Source: a virus
Lineage: Duplodnaviria > Caudoviricetes
Length of the DNA: 64,000 bases
IMG/VR virus record: IMGVR_UViG_2585427590_000001
Location: 5,971 to 69,970 of that record
Reading direction: 5' to 3' (one strand)
Shown here: positions 44,509 to 54,081 of the stretch, in pieces
How the letters are laid out: each line of letters starts with the position of its first letter
How positions within the stretch are numbered: the stretch's first letter is position 1
Program-made: the position numbers and the translations under genes
Notes under the pieces: model-generated
Databases searched by the model: none
What the model was told of the DNA's origin: nothing
Seen by the model: only the letters and a program-made list of their open reading frames with translations

Positions 44509-44847
44509 ATGTCCTCAGATAGCAAAAGGCATTTTATCCCCGAGTGGACGGAGCGGCGGCACCTTAAGCAGGCCGACATCGTGCGCGAACTCGATGTGGA
44601 TAAAGGCGTGGTTTCTCGCTGGTTCTCTGGCGTCATCCCCTCCGACAAATACCTAGAGCCCCTGGCGGGCCTCCTTGAGACGTCAGTGACCGGATTGTTC
44701 CGGCATCCGGACGACGACTGGATCGCCAAGATGTTCCGCGATAGAACCGAGGAACAGAAGGAAGGCGCGATCCGGATGCTCCAGGCATTCTTCGAGACAA
44801 TGGACGCGCAGACCGGCAGCCGGCCATCGGAGAAGGCAAAGGGATAA
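44509..44847 (+). CDS. CI-like XRE repressor without S24 peptidase domain
   Basis: LKQADIVRELDVDKGVVSRWFSG HTH; 112 aa. Confidence 0.8.
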   Translation: MSSDSKRHFIPEWTERRHLKQADIVRELDVDKGVVSRWFSGVIPSDKYLEPLAGLLETSVTGLFRHPDDDWIAKMFRDRTEEQKEGAIRMLQAFFETMDAQTGSRPSEKAKG

Positions 44848-45512
44848 TGGGCAAGCGCCGGGGCGCACTGATAGCTGCTCTAGCCGTTGGCACCGGCCTC
44901 CCTGCCCGCGCCGAGATCGACATTTCCCGCCACACGACGCCCCGCGGCCTTCAATACCTCTACGTCAGCGGTGAAATCACGTCGCAAAGCCCGCAGAGGC
45001 TCCAACGCTTTATTTCCGAGCAGCCGCATGCCCCGGCTGTAATCGTGCTCGACTCGCCCGGTGGGTCGCTCGATGGGGGTATCGCCCTTGGCAAGCTCAT
45101 CCGTGCCAACGCCATTCGCACCATGATCTTAGAAGACGGCTCCTGCCTCTCCGCCTGTAGCTTCGCCTTCATTGGCGGCACCGAACGGAAAGTCGTCGAA
45201 GGCGGCCGCCTGGGCATGCACCAATTCCGATTCAACGGCTCGATCGACGGCGCCCATGCGATGGAAACCTCGCAGGCCTACAGTGGCACGCTGCTTTCCT
45301 ATTTCCGGACCATGGGCGTAGATCTCGAAGCCCTTGAGCGTGCGATGCAGACGCCTTCGACGCAGATGTACGTCTTCGATCCAACCGAGCTCGCCGCGTT
45401 TCGCCTGGTCACACCCGATCGCGCGACCGAATCGAGCGCATCGGCGGATTGCCCATTCCCCAAGGGCCTGAAGATCAGCGATCCCCTCGGCCTCTACCCT
45501 GCCTGCAAATAG
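44847..45512 (+). CDS. Exported ClpP/crotonase-like (COG3904-type) protein
   Basis: Signal peptide; LDSPGG, CLSAC..AF.GG, LGMHQ; TAATG-coupled to cI. Confidence 0.75.
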   Translation: MGKRRGALIAALAVGTGLPARAEIDISRHTTPRGLQYLYVSGEITSQSPQRLQRFISEQPHAPAVIVLDSPGGSLDGGIALGKLIRANAIRTMILEDGSCLSACSFAFIGGTERKVVEGGRLGMHQFRFNGSIDGAHAMETSQAYSGTLLSYFRTMGVDLEALERAMQTPSTQMYVFDPTELAAFRLVTPDRATESSASADCPFPKGLKISDPLGLYPACK

Positions 45513-45571
45513 CTGAAAAGTCGCAATCAAGGGATTGATGGCGTTTTGCGCTAACACGTGCCTTTTCGTTG

Positions 45572-45622
45572 GTTGTTTCAAAAACAACTTTTTCTCTTGA
45601 CTTGCGTTGTTTTAAACGCAAC
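45572..45622 (+). promoter_or_regulatory. Early promoter with two repressor operators
   Basis: GTTG-N9-CAAC at 45572-45588 and 45606-45622 flanking CTTGAC. Confidence 0.75.
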
Positions 45623-45675
45623 CATGAGAGCGTAAACAACGGCTGCGTCGCCGTTGGGGCACGGAGCAACACCAC

Positions 45676-45804
45676 ATGAAAAGTATGGCCGCTTTGGCGA
45701 GCGTGATTGCGCTCGCGCTCATTTCCTCATTCCAGTCGCAGGATATGACGACGTGCCTCGCCGGGCACACGTTTGATGTCTGCCACTACGCGCTGAACCG
45801 CTAG
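45676..45804 (+). CDS. Small exported 2-Cys peptide (42 aa; absent from the ORF track)
   Basis: GGAG RBS; MKSMAALASVIALALISSFQSQDMTTCLAGHTFDVCHYALNR. Confidence 0.55.
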   Translation: MKSMAALASVIALALISSFQSQDMTTCLAGHTFDVCHYALNR

Positions 45805-45813
45805 GAGGCGCCT

Positions 45814-46008
45814 GTGGCTAACGATCCAACCACAGACGAGCTGACCGGCGAAGCAACCGACATGGCCGATGTCGCATCGATCATCGAGCTCTGGCACGCC
45901 GGCATCGATCTCAGCGTCAAACAGCTCGAAATCCTCCACGAGCTCATGCTCGGCAACCGCGTCGACCTGATGAGCCAATCCTACGAATTCATTGGGAGCG
46001 CCGCATGA
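45814..46008 (+). CDS. Phage hypothetical protein
   Basis: AGGAGG RBS, GTG start. Confidence 0.65.
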   Translation: MANDPTTDELTGEATDMADVASIIELWHAGIDLSVKQLEILHELMLGNRVDLMSQSYEFIGSAA

Positions 46009-46307
46009 GCTTGGCAGTCCATTCCACGGGCGGCCTGGCCGCTGAAATCTTCGCTCGAGCCTTGTCGGCAGCGGCTGCGGCCCAGCCGAACGTCCGCCGC
46101 GCCCGCCATGTGGCTTTCGAGGCGCTGTCGGTCCTCTACCCTGACTACGGCAACACCCGCCTCGGGATCCGCCTTGGTTATTCCAACCCCGCCAACGCCG
46201 GCGCCATGGTCGCCGATGCCAAGTATGCCTTCTGGTGGAACGATTGCCACGTCGACGAGGTGATTGGCGCCCTGGTGGCCGATCAGTACGGCGAGAGGGC
46301 CGCCTGA
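46005..46307 (+). CDS. Phage hypothetical protein
   Basis: ATGA overlap. Confidence 0.65.
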   Translation: MSLAVHSTGGLAAEIFARALSAAAAAQPNVRRARHVAFEALSVLYPDYGNTRLGIRLGYSNPANAGAMVADAKYAFWWNDCHVDEVIGALVADQYGERAA

Positions 46308-46859
46308 GTGAGTAAGTATTCCGATTTTCCGCGCAATAAGCACGACGAGTATCTTACCCCGTTTCGCGCGGCATTGCCCCTGAAGCCGTTCCTGACGGGT
46401 GTCCGGACCTTTGTGGAGCCTTGCTGCGCGAACGGGCAGCTGATCAATCACATCGAGTCTTTCGGACCGCTCTGCGTTTACTCCGGTGACATTCAGACCG
46501 GCACCGATGCTTTGACCGATGTCGTGCTGGCGCGGACGATCGCCGATGCCATCATCACCAATCCGCCCTACACATGGGAACTGCTTGAACCGATGGTACG
46601 GCGCTTTGCGTCGATCGCGCCAACATGGCTGCTCCTCGAGGCAGATTTCAAACACAAAGTCGAGGCCGCACCGCTGATTCCGATGTGCTCGGACATCGTT
46701 AGCGTTGGGCGCATCAAGTGGTTTCAGGACACCAAGCACCAAAGCAAGAGTAATTACGCCTGGTACCGCTTCCACTCGCAGCACAGCCGCGGCCCCATCT
46801 TTCACCCCCGCCAGAAACTCCCACCCGCACCGCGCACAAAGGCGCTGATCGCGGCCTGA
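46308..46859 (+). CDS. Small SAM-dependent (N6-adenine-type) methyltransferase
   Basis: Y.TP, FVEPCCANG motif I, IITNPPY motif IV. Confidence 0.8.
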   Translation: MSKYSDFPRNKHDEYLTPFRAALPLKPFLTGVRTFVEPCCANGQLINHIESFGPLCVYSGDIQTGTDALTDVVLARTIADAIITNPPYTWELLEPMVRRFASIAPTWLLLEADFKHKVEAAPLIPMCSDIVSVGRIKWFQDTKHQSKSNYAWYRFHSQHSRGPIFHPRQKLPPAPRTKALIAA

Positions 46860-46889
46860 GTACACCGCTTTATCCACCAGCCAAGGAGA

Positions 46890-47321
46890 ATGATTATGCT
46901 GGATACCACCAACGCCACCACTGCGACCATTTACAAGGTAAAGACGCCTTCGCCCGTCGATGTCGAGATCGGCCGCCGCATCCGGATGCGCCGCAAGATG
47001 CTGAGCATGTCGCAGACGAAGCTCGGCACCGCCCTGGGCGTCACCTTTCAGCAGGTCCAGAAATACGAGCGTGGCGTGAACCGCGTTGGTGGCAGCCGCA
47101 TGCAGCGGATTGCCGAGGTTCTTCAAACCAACGTTTCGTTCTTCTTCGACGAGGTGCCGGACCATGGCAGCACCAAGGAAGAGAACGAAATCCTGGCCTT
47201 CGCTGCGACCACTGAGGGCCTGCAGCTGATCCGCGCGTTCTCGAAGATCCAGAGCGCCGCTGCGCGCAAGTCGATCATCGGCATAGCCGAGACCGTCGCC
47301 AACAAAGTCTCCGCTCACTGA
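46890..47321 (+). CDS. XRE-family HTH regulator
   Basis: VD..IGRRIR.RR....MSQ..LG..LGVTFQQVQKYE.G.NR. Confidence 0.92.
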   Translation: MIMLDTTNATTATIYKVKTPSPVDVEIGRRIRMRRKMLSMSQTKLGTALGVTFQQVQKYERGVNRVGGSRMQRIAEVLQTNVSFFFDEVPDHGSTKEENEILAFAATTEGLQLIRAFSKIQSAAARKSIIGIAETVANKVSAH

Positions 47322-47334
47322 TCGCTTCTGGTTT

Positions 47335-47359
47335 CCGCCCGCAGGCCGGGCGGTTTCTT
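47335..47359 (+). terminator. Putative terminator
   Basis: CCGCCC-N7-GGGCGG followed by TTTCTT. Confidence 0.5.
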
Positions 47360-47386
47360 GAAACGATCGCAAGAGGGATCAATCAC

Positions 47387-47896
47387 ATGAACGACACTGC
47401 AATTCCCGCGCGCCCGAGGTATGGATCAAGCGAGGTTCGCGCCCTCGCAGTTGAAGGCATTCTCGATGACGTCATCGACTGGCTGGAGGAGTCGGGAGTA
47501 GACCGCGATCGCGTCTATCACCAGCTCTCCACGTCGTTCGACAACAACGGCTACGATTTTTCCCGTGCGCTCGAGCGCCGGCACGGTTGGGAACCGGATG
47601 CCCGCCTGGTGGAAATCCTCGACAGCGCGGACCTCTCGTCGGCGCATCGCAAGGTCCAGTCTGACTGGGTGAAGGCACACGGCATCGCCGTGCCATTCAA
47701 GGTAGGCGATCAGGTCTCCACCGCCAGCTACCCGAAAGCTTGCGTTGCCGCCATTTGGGATGCGACGGCTGAGATCGTCGTGCAGCCCGAGCGCGAAAAG
47801 GAACGCTGGGCCGATCAGCCAGGCTGCGGCTACGTCGTTGCCTTCGAGCTGGCGACGGCTCTTGTCGGCACGATTGGCGAAGAGGTGTCGGCATGA
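47387..47896 (+). CDS. Phage hypothetical protein
   Basis: GAGG RBS; operon context. Confidence 0.7.
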   Translation: MNDTAIPARPRYGSSEVRALAVEGILDDVIDWLEESGVDRDRVYHQLSTSFDNNGYDFSRALERRHGWEPDARLVEILDSADLSSAHRKVQSDWVKAHGIAVPFKVGDQVSTASYPKACVAAIWDATAEIVVQPEREKERWADQPGCGYVVAFELATALVGTIGEEVSA

Positions 47897-48282
47897 GCGC
47901 GGCACCGATTACTACGTTCGATCAGGCGCTGAAAATCACCAAGGGGATTACCCAGCGCGCGTTTTTGACGATGGGCCTGACCGACAGCCCAGTTCTGCCC
48001 TCCCTCAGAGAGGTCTCCCTCGCTGACATGATCGCAGCGGTCCATGCGGTGCGCGACCACAACGAACATGCTCAGCCGGTTGACGGCGTGAGGCACATCT
48101 ACGTGGTGCCGGATGATCGGCTGATTGCGGCGGTCTACGTCGCGATCCACTACAGCGTTGACACAGAACAGCCGATTGTCATCGAGCCCGAGAAGAACGA
48201 CTTCGACCAGTGGGTCATGAAGGCCGTCGCTATCGTCGATGTGACCGAGAAGGCCGAATTGCGTGGGGTCGAAGCGCGATGA
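47893..48282 (+). CDS. Phage hypothetical protein
   Basis: ATGA overlaps. Confidence 0.7.
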   Translation: MSAAPITTFDQALKITKGITQRAFLTMGLTDSPVLPSLREVSLADMIAAVHAVRDHNEHAQPVDGVRHIYVVPDDRLIAAVYVAIHYSVDTEQPIVIEPEKNDFDQWVMKAVAIVDVTEKAELRGVEAR

Positions 48283-48599
48283 CCCCAGCTGATCGTGAGA
48301 AGTTCTACGACGACGTGATCGCGCCAGCTCTGATGGCGCTCGGCAAGCAGTGCCAGGACAACGGCTTATCTTTCCTTGCGACCGTTGAGTGGGAAAGGGG
48401 CGAAGGCGGAACTACGCTTTCTCTTCAGGCTGACCGGGGCCTTGCCATCGAGATTGCCGCAGTGGCGGCCCGTTCGCGCAACAACGTCGATGACATCATT
48501 TTCCATATCATGCGTCACGCTAAGAAGCATGGGCACTCCTCTATCTGCCTGAAGCAGTTGGGCGTCGCGCTCACGCCTGGGGAGGTTTCAAATGGCTGA
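48279..48599 (+). CDS. Phage hypothetical protein
   Basis: ATGA overlap; EKFYDDVIAPALM motif. Confidence 0.7.
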   Translation: MTPADREKFYDDVIAPALMALGKQCQDNGLSFLATVEWERGEGGTTLSLQADRGLAIEIAAVAARSRNNVDDIIFHIMRHAKKHGHSSICLKQLGVALTPGEVSNG

Positions 48600-49365
48600 T
48601 CACGGCGCTCTGTTCTCCGGGCCAATGGTGCGCTCCATTCTCGCCGATCTGAAAACGCAAACCCGCCGCGTGATCAAACCGCGCGGGAAGAGACGGCCAA
48701 GCATTTTCAGTGGCGGATGGTCCGATAGCTACATCCTCGACGCCGGCAACGAAAGCTGGCGCCAACAGGATATCCCGTGGAAGGTTGGTGACCGGCTATG
48801 GGTAAGGGAAACTTGGCGCACACACGGTTGGCATGCCGACTGTGTGGAGGTTGCCTACGCGGCGCAGCGTGGGATGGTTGGTTGGACGGAGCAGCACCAG
48901 CAAATCCGCTATCCCGCCGGCGATAGAAACGCCTTCAAATATTACCCGCCGAAGGGTCCCGATTTCTGGCGCCCTTCTCTTCTGATGCCTCGGTGGGCTT
49001 CCCGCATCACGCTTCTGGTCAAAGACGTTCGAGTTCAACGCCTACGCGACATTAGCGACGAGGACGCGATCGCTGAGGGTGCGACCTGTCGGCCGAATTG
49101 TAGCGGTTTCGGAAGCCAGTATTCGGGCTGGAGTATGGATTGGTCAGATGTTGGCACCTTTTGCAAGGCGTTCCAGCGGCCATTGGGAGAGAGTGACGTT
49201 AGCCTCGGAGATCCCGTCGCCGCGTTCGCCAACTTCATCAACGAGCTTCACGGCGGCCCGCACTGGAACATGAAAAGCCCGAGTCTTTGGGACCTAAACC
49301 CATGGGTCGTTGCCTACACCTTCACTTCAATATTTCAAAACATTGACAGGATTTCCAATGGCTGA
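48592..49365 (+). CDS. ASCH/PUA-like phage protein
   Basis: FSGPMVR.IL...KTQTRR, GDRLWVRETW, WRPS..MPRWASRI, ISDEDAIAEG, NPWV. Confidence 0.8.
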   Translation: MADHGALFSGPMVRSILADLKTQTRRVIKPRGKRRPSIFSGGWSDSYILDAGNESWRQQDIPWKVGDRLWVRETWRTHGWHADCVEVAYAAQRGMVGWTEQHQQIRYPAGDRNAFKYYPPKGPDFWRPSLLMPRWASRITLLVKDVRVQRLRDISDEDAIAEGATCRPNCSGFGSQYSGWSMDWSDVGTFCKAFQRPLGESDVSLGDPVAAFANFINELHGGPHWNMKSPSLWDLNPWVVAYTFTSIFQNIDRISNG

Positions 49366-50341
49366 ACGCTCCGCAATCGAGTGGTGCGACGGCACCGTGA
49401 ATTTCTGGTGGGGGTGCACGAAAGTCGGCCCCGGCTGCGACAACTGCTATGCCGAGGATTACAACAACTTCCGTGGCAACAAGCTGTGGGGACCGAACAC
49501 AGAGCGGCGCGCGATCAAAGGCGCGCCCAGCCTCCTCGCAAAGCTTCATCGCTCGGCAGCGGACTTCCATGCTCAGTATGGGCGCCCTCGCCGCGTCTTC
49601 ATGCAGTCAATGTCTGACACTTTCGACAATGAAGCCGACGACGCTTTGCGCAGCGAGCTGTTCGCCCAGGCGGCTGCGGCCGACGCTGTGCGGATAATCT
49701 TCCTGACCAAGCGCATCAGCAATGTTTTGAAGATGATCCCGGCCGCGTGGCGCGAAGGCGGTTGGCCGCAGCACATCGGCCTGATGGTGACTGTTGTCAC
49801 GCAGCGGGAGGCAGAGCGCGACATCGTTCGCCTGCTCGAGCTCAAGAAGCAGCTCGGCATCCCGTGGGTAGGCGTCAGCATCGAGCCGATGCTTGAGCCG
49901 ATGAAACTCCGCCAGCTCCGCGTCGGCAAATTCATCTTGGACGGCATCGCTGGTACGTGGTCGACCTCGAGCGTTCTTCGCAATGGCAGCCTGCCCGAGC
50001 GCCTTCCCGGCCTCGACTGGGTGATTGTCGGCGGCGAAAGCGGCAAGAACGCCCGCCCTATCCATCCGAATTGGGTGCGGAATATTCGGCGCGACTGCTC
50101 TGTTCTCGCTGCGTTCTTGTTCAAGCAGTGGGGCGAATGGGCGCCGGATAGCGACCTGCATCCGGCCGTGCGTGCGAATTTCATCAAGCGTCGCGTCGAG
50201 CGACGGGAGCTGCACCGCGACCCCAGCGCCTTCGCGACGGTCCAGCTCGAAATCATGACCATGTACCGCGTCGGCAAACATGCCGCCGGCCGCCTACTCG
50301 ACGGCAAAGAATACCTGGCATTTCCAAAGGCGCTCTCATGA
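49358..50341 (+). CDS. DUF5131 (Gp37/Gp68) radical-SAM-like protein
   Basis: IEW.D...N.W.GCTKVGPGCDNCYA, SMSD.F, LTKR, SIEPML, WVIVGGESG, FKQWG. Confidence 0.9.
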   Translation: MAERSAIEWCDGTVNFWWGCTKVGPGCDNCYAEDYNNFRGNKLWGPNTERRAIKGAPSLLAKLHRSAADFHAQYGRPRRVFMQSMSDTFDNEADDALRSELFAQAAAADAVRIIFLTKRISNVLKMIPAAWREGGWPQHIGLMVTVVTQREAERDIVRLLELKKQLGIPWVGVSIEPMLEPMKLRQLRVGKFILDGIAGTWSTSSVLRNGSLPERLPGLDWVIVGGESGKNARPIHPNWVRNIRRDCSVLAAFLFKQWGEWAPDSDLHPAVRANFIKRRVERRELHRDPSAFATVQLEIMTMYRVGKHAAGRLLDGKEYLAFPKALS

Positions 50342-50649
50342 TCCTCATGCTCAAGCACCTGATTGTCGCCTGGGAGCGGGATGTGTACCTCAATTCGCGG
50401 CACCGCTCGCTCTTTGTCGAATTGCTTCGCCGCCCCAACGCCCCGGAAGGCGAGCACGTGTTTCGGCTGCGTCTTCGGATTTCCCTGCTTCGCGAACCGC
50501 GCATCTCGCGCCCGTGGTTTGATCTTCAGACCATCCCGGCTTGGAGCGAAGTCCCGTCGGTTCTCGCCGAGTACCAGCGGACGATGAAGCCATTCGAAAT
50601 TCCTAGAATCCCATGGTACTTGCGGGAGCGCCGAAATGCCGTCAACTGA
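50338..50649 (+). CDS. Phage hypothetical protein
   Basis: ATGA overlap. Confidence 0.5.
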   Translation: MILMLKHLIVAWERDVYLNSRHRSLFVELLRRPNAPEGEHVFRLRLRISLLREPRISRPWFDLQTIPAWSEVPSVLAEYQRTMKPFEIPRIPWYLRERRNAVN

Positions 50650-51322
50650 ACGCGCCTATGTCGTAGTGGAAGCCAGCGAGAACACCGGCGGCATTGTCTT
50701 CGCCAAGAGCGCTAAGCAGGCCCGTCGCCGCGGAGCGTGTGAATTTGCTGACGGCGAGCCAGAGCACGTCCTCGCCTACCGCGCCAAGTGGGCTGACTGG
50801 TGCGCTCCCTCCGGCATCGTCCATGCAAGCCTCATGATTGAGTACGGTTGGCACTTCGAATGCCACGGCTGCGCCAACAAGATCGATCTCGATTGGTTGG
50901 CGGAAAACAGCCTCTCCACCCAGGACGTGCTCGGCATCCAAGGCAGCGTTGTCTACTGCTGCGCCGAGTGCAAAGCCGCAGACGATCGTGTCGAAGCTGA
51001 AAAGCGGCGCGTCGGCGAAGCCTTCCTTGAAACGATGCGCGCAGTGGTACGGCAGCGGTTCGGCGACGTGACGTTTCACGGTGCCACCGACGATTTTAAA
51101 CCCAGCGCCTACGTGCTGGCCCAAGACGGCGCCTATGGCATCGGCAGCGCCGCCCTCCATTTCGACTTCCCCGGAATGACGATCGCACCGGCCAGTATCG
51201 AATTTCGGTGGCCGTACAGCTCCCGCTGGGACGGCATCGGACCTGTGAACCTCATCTATCGCTGCTGTGTCGGCGACAAGGGAGCGTTCGAAAACTTTGC
51301 ATCCACCAGAAAGAAGCACTGA
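50636..51322 (+). CDS. Phage hypothetical protein with Cys motifs
   Basis: GGIVFAK..ARR.GA, GW.FEC.GC, YCC..C. Confidence 0.7.
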   Translation: MPSTERAYVVVEASENTGGIVFAKSAKQARRRGACEFADGEPEHVLAYRAKWADWCAPSGIVHASLMIEYGWHFECHGCANKIDLDWLAENSLSTQDVLGIQGSVVYCCAECKAADDRVEAEKRRVGEAFLETMRAVVRQRFGDVTFHGATDDFKPSAYVLAQDGAYGIGSAALHFDFPGMTIAPASIEFRWPYSSRWDGIGPVNLIYRCCVGDKGAFENFASTRKKH

Positions 51323-51792
51323 TGAGCAAGAAATCACCGGCCCGTTCCGGAAAAATCAAGATCCCGACTGCCGACGTCCTCGCCGAGCACCTGAAGGCTG
51401 GCATGTCCTTGAAGGAGATCGGCACCCGATACGGCTGCGCGGCCGAATCCATCCGGCATAAGGTTGTGGTCTACGGCCTTAAGCACCTCGTCAACTATAA
51501 GACGCCGGTGAAGCCTGACCTCCCTCGTGAAGTCATCGCTGCGGATCGCAAGGCCGGTCTCAGCTTTTTCGCAATCGATAAGAAGCACGGTGTCGCCTAT
51601 GGCACCGCGAAGCGCTGCGCCATCGTAACCGGTCTCGAAACTGAGTTTGAGGCGATCACTTTCCGCGAAGACAAGATGATCATCGGCAAGCGCATGTACA
51701 ACGGAGAGTACGGCACCTCCTCCTTTATGCGCATCAGTCTCCCCCTGATCGCGATGCACGTCCGGCATATTCAGGAAAGGACGGCGTCTTGA
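51322..51792 (+). CDS. HTH-containing phage protein
   Basis: GMSLKEIGTRYGC..ESIR; TGATG coupling. Confidence 0.65.
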   Translation: MSKKSPARSGKIKIPTADVLAEHLKAGMSLKEIGTRYGCAAESIRHKVVVYGLKHLVNYKTPVKPDLPREVIAADRKAGLSFFAIDKKHGVAYGTAKRCAIVTGLETEFEAITFREDKMIIGKRMYNGEYGTSSFMRISLPLIAMHVRHIQERTAS

Positions 51793-52259
51793 GCCCGAAA
51801 GAACAGATCCTCCACTTGGTAGGCGACTATTGGGACCTCGCCTATGCCGAGGGCAAAGCCCAACGCGACCACGATACCCACGAAGGCTCCGCACAGCAGA
51901 AGCTCTCTGCGATCGCGACGGCTCTCGATAAGGTTTTCAGCGACACGGACAAGCTCCGAACGATCCTGAGCGAGAGCGCCGCCGCGATCGGCAACGGCGC
52001 CTGGTGCTCCCCACACGCCTCGATCGAGTTCATGAGCAACATCCCACAGGAGATTGCCATGCAACGCGCGTCGGTCGCGGCAGCGCTTGAACCTCTCCGG
52101 CTCATTCACGAGTGCATCGTGCGCGAACGCCAAGGCTGGACCAACGAGGCATTCATCGTTTTCGAGAGCAGCCTCGACGAACGCGTTCGCTTCACCTTTG
52201 GCCAGCTCGACATGATCGTGCGCACGTTCACTGAGCCCAAGACGGCGGCAGCGGCGTAG
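51789..52259 (+). CDS. Phage hypothetical protein
   Basis: AAAGGA RBS, TTG start overlapping the previous stop. Confidence 0.6.
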   Translation: MSPKEQILHLVGDYWDLAYAEGKAQRDHDTHEGSAQQKLSAIATALDKVFSDTDKLRTILSESAAAIGNGAWCSPHASIEFMSNIPQEIAMQRASVAAALEPLRLIHECIVRERQGWTNEAFIVFESSLDERVRFTFGQLDMIVRTFTEPKTAAAA

Positions 52260-52293
52260 CCAGATTTACCACCCTTCACAGAGGAAACACGCG

Positions 52294-52806
52294 ATGACCA
52301 ATGAGCCTATAAAGTTAACTTCTACCCACATTTGGAGCGTGCTTAGCGGCCTTGCGTTTCTAGCGCGCGATCGTGAGCTGGCCTCCCAAACGTTAGGAGC
52401 GGCGCTCGATGACGCTGCATGGGAGCGATTGAGCGGCGATCCCATTCGCTTCTACATTTTTGCGCCCAGGGCGGTGAGAAGGCCAATTGCAGCCTACATC
52501 AATGAGAACGCGCCCGGGGTTTATTACGGCCACACCTTTCACCGGATCGAGGGCCCAGTGCCGGGTCTAGCCGATGACGGATTCTTCCGCGGAAGGGCAC
52601 ACTCCATAGAGACCTCCGCGGATTTCTGCGGCTGGGAAGGCGCGAAGATCGTGTCGGTCGAATTCATCGAAGATGAGCGGTTCCGGATTGACCTTGTTGA
52701 AGCAGAAGGTCCGCTTTCGGGGAAGGACTTCGAAGAGAGATATATGGAGGACTTCGAAGAGAAATATATGCAGGCCAAGGCGCTCCACGATGCTGCCAAC
52801 GCCTAA
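52294..52806 (+). CDS. Phage hypothetical protein
   Basis: GAGGA RBS. Confidence 0.65.
   Translation: MTNEPIKLTSTHIWSVLSGLAFLARDRELASQTLGAALDDAAWERLSGDPIRFYIFAPRAVRRPIAAYINENAPGVYYGHTFHRIEGPVPGLADDGFFRGRAHSIETSADFCGWEGAKIVSVEFIEDERFRIDLVEAEGPLSGKDFEERYMEDFEEKYMQAKALHDAANA
52724..52771 (+). repeat. 24-bp tandem duplication
   Basis: AGGACTTCGAAGAGAGATATATGG / AGGACTTCGAAGAGAAATATATGC (DFEERYM / DFEEKYM). Confidence 0.8.
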
Positions 52807-53140
52807 CCGCATCTGCTGCCTCAACCCCAACTGCAACCGCACCGCGGCGGCCGAGAAGCATCCCGGCTCGACCTATATCGTCTGCGCGATGTGCTGGAAG
52901 ACCATGCCTCGCGAGTTCAAGGGCCGGTGGAAGACGCTCAATGCCCGCAGCCGCAAGCTCGATCGCATGTTTCGCAAGCCGTCGTTCAACCGGCCGGAGC
53001 GCGCACCCCAATGGAACCGCCTCGCCGATATCTATGACCGCGCCTGGGCGGCCCTAACCATGGCGATCAAGCACTACTACACCGCAGGCGAACGCCCGAT
53101 CGGTATCGAAGATTTCTTGAAGGAGAACGGCATTGTCTGA
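52790..53140 (+). CDS. Zn-finger-like phage protein
   Basis: RICCLNPNCNRTA...VCAMCWK. Confidence 0.65.
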   Translation: MLPTPNRICCLNPNCNRTAAAEKHPGSTYIVCAMCWKTMPREFKGRWKTLNARSRKLDRMFRKPSFNRPERAPQWNRLADIYDRAWAALTMAIKHYYTAGERPIGIEDFLKENGIV

Positions 53141-53876
53141 ACCATACGGCTACGCGTTCCAGCACGAGGAAACCGGCTTGCAGCAGGTTGTGGATGTGCA
53201 GCAAGTTGAGTGGGGGTTTGAAAAGAATAACCCGCGCTGGCAGAAGCTCGGACCTGTTTATCTCCACCCGCCCGTTCCGCATGTGGTTGGGGATGCCGTC
53301 GGCAGATACAGACCTTGCAAGGTCGGTCAGCGAAGGGATGGCTCGATGTGGATTTCGTTCGGAGATCCGAAGAGCGGGCCTCACTACCAAACAGACTTCG
53401 GAAGCAATTTCGAAATAGCCAAAGCAGTTGAAACAGCTTTCAACACGGCAGTATCCGCTCCACCGCCCGCTCCCCAGCCTAATGTGGTGGGGTCGTTCCA
53501 AGATCGCGTTCAGCCATGGATGATGGAGTGCTTCGGCGAAATGATTGCCGGCGATCGCCAGGAGCGAAACCACCGCTTCCTTGAGGAAGCCCTTGAGCTT
53601 GTCCAATCCACCGGTTGCACCGCTGATGAGGCACACCAGCTCGTCGACTATGTTTACGGTCGTGAGATCGGCGATCCCCACCAGGAGGTGGGCGGCGTTA
53701 TGGTCACGCTCGCGGCTCTGTGCCTGGCCAACGCTCTGAACATGCACGATGCGGCGGAAACGGAGCTCGCCCGCATCTGGACGAAGGTTGAGGCCATTCG
53801 CGCAAAACACGCCGCGAAGCCGAAGCATTCGCCATTGCCGGGACCGACCGCGGCGGGCGCCCATGGCCGCCTCTAG
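53133..53876 (+). CDS. Phage protein with C-terminal MazG-like (all-alpha NTP-PPase) domain
   Basis: FQ.RV..W...CFG...ER..RFLEEALEL...EVGGV..TL. Confidence 0.6.
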   Translation: MSEPYGYAFQHEETGLQQVVDVQQVEWGFEKNNPRWQKLGPVYLHPPVPHVVGDAVGRYRPCKVGQRRDGSMWISFGDPKSGPHYQTDFGSNFEIAKAVETAFNTAVSAPPPAPQPNVVGSFQDRVQPWMMECFGEMIAGDRQERNHRFLEEALELVQSTGCTADEAHQLVDYVYGREIGDPHQEVGGVMVTLAALCLANALNMHDAAETELARIWTKVEAIRAKHAAKPKHSPLPGPTAAGAHGRL

Positions 53877-54081
53877 AGACATGGATGGCCAACCAGTCGC
53901 CGCCGGCGATATCATCGTTTTCAGCTACGGCATCCCTCCGGTGCGCGTTGAGGCCAACCTCGCAGAACTGAATGGCTCGCTGTGGGCGATGACGCCAGGG
54001 CATACTCCCGACAAGTGCAAGCTCGATCAACTGCAGAAGCACGTCGGCGATTTCTACAAACTTGGGAGGATTCACAAGTGA
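53863..54081 (+). CDS. Phage hypothetical protein
   Basis: Overlaps both neighbours. Confidence 0.55.
   Translation: MAASRDMDGQPVAAGDIIVFSYGIPPVRVEANLAELNGSLWAMTPGHTPDKCKLDQLQKHVGDFYKLGRIHK

Noticed and set aside
45981-47372. 463-aa - strand ORF
   Set aside because: Antisense to the MTase and XRE genes, which carry clear motifs
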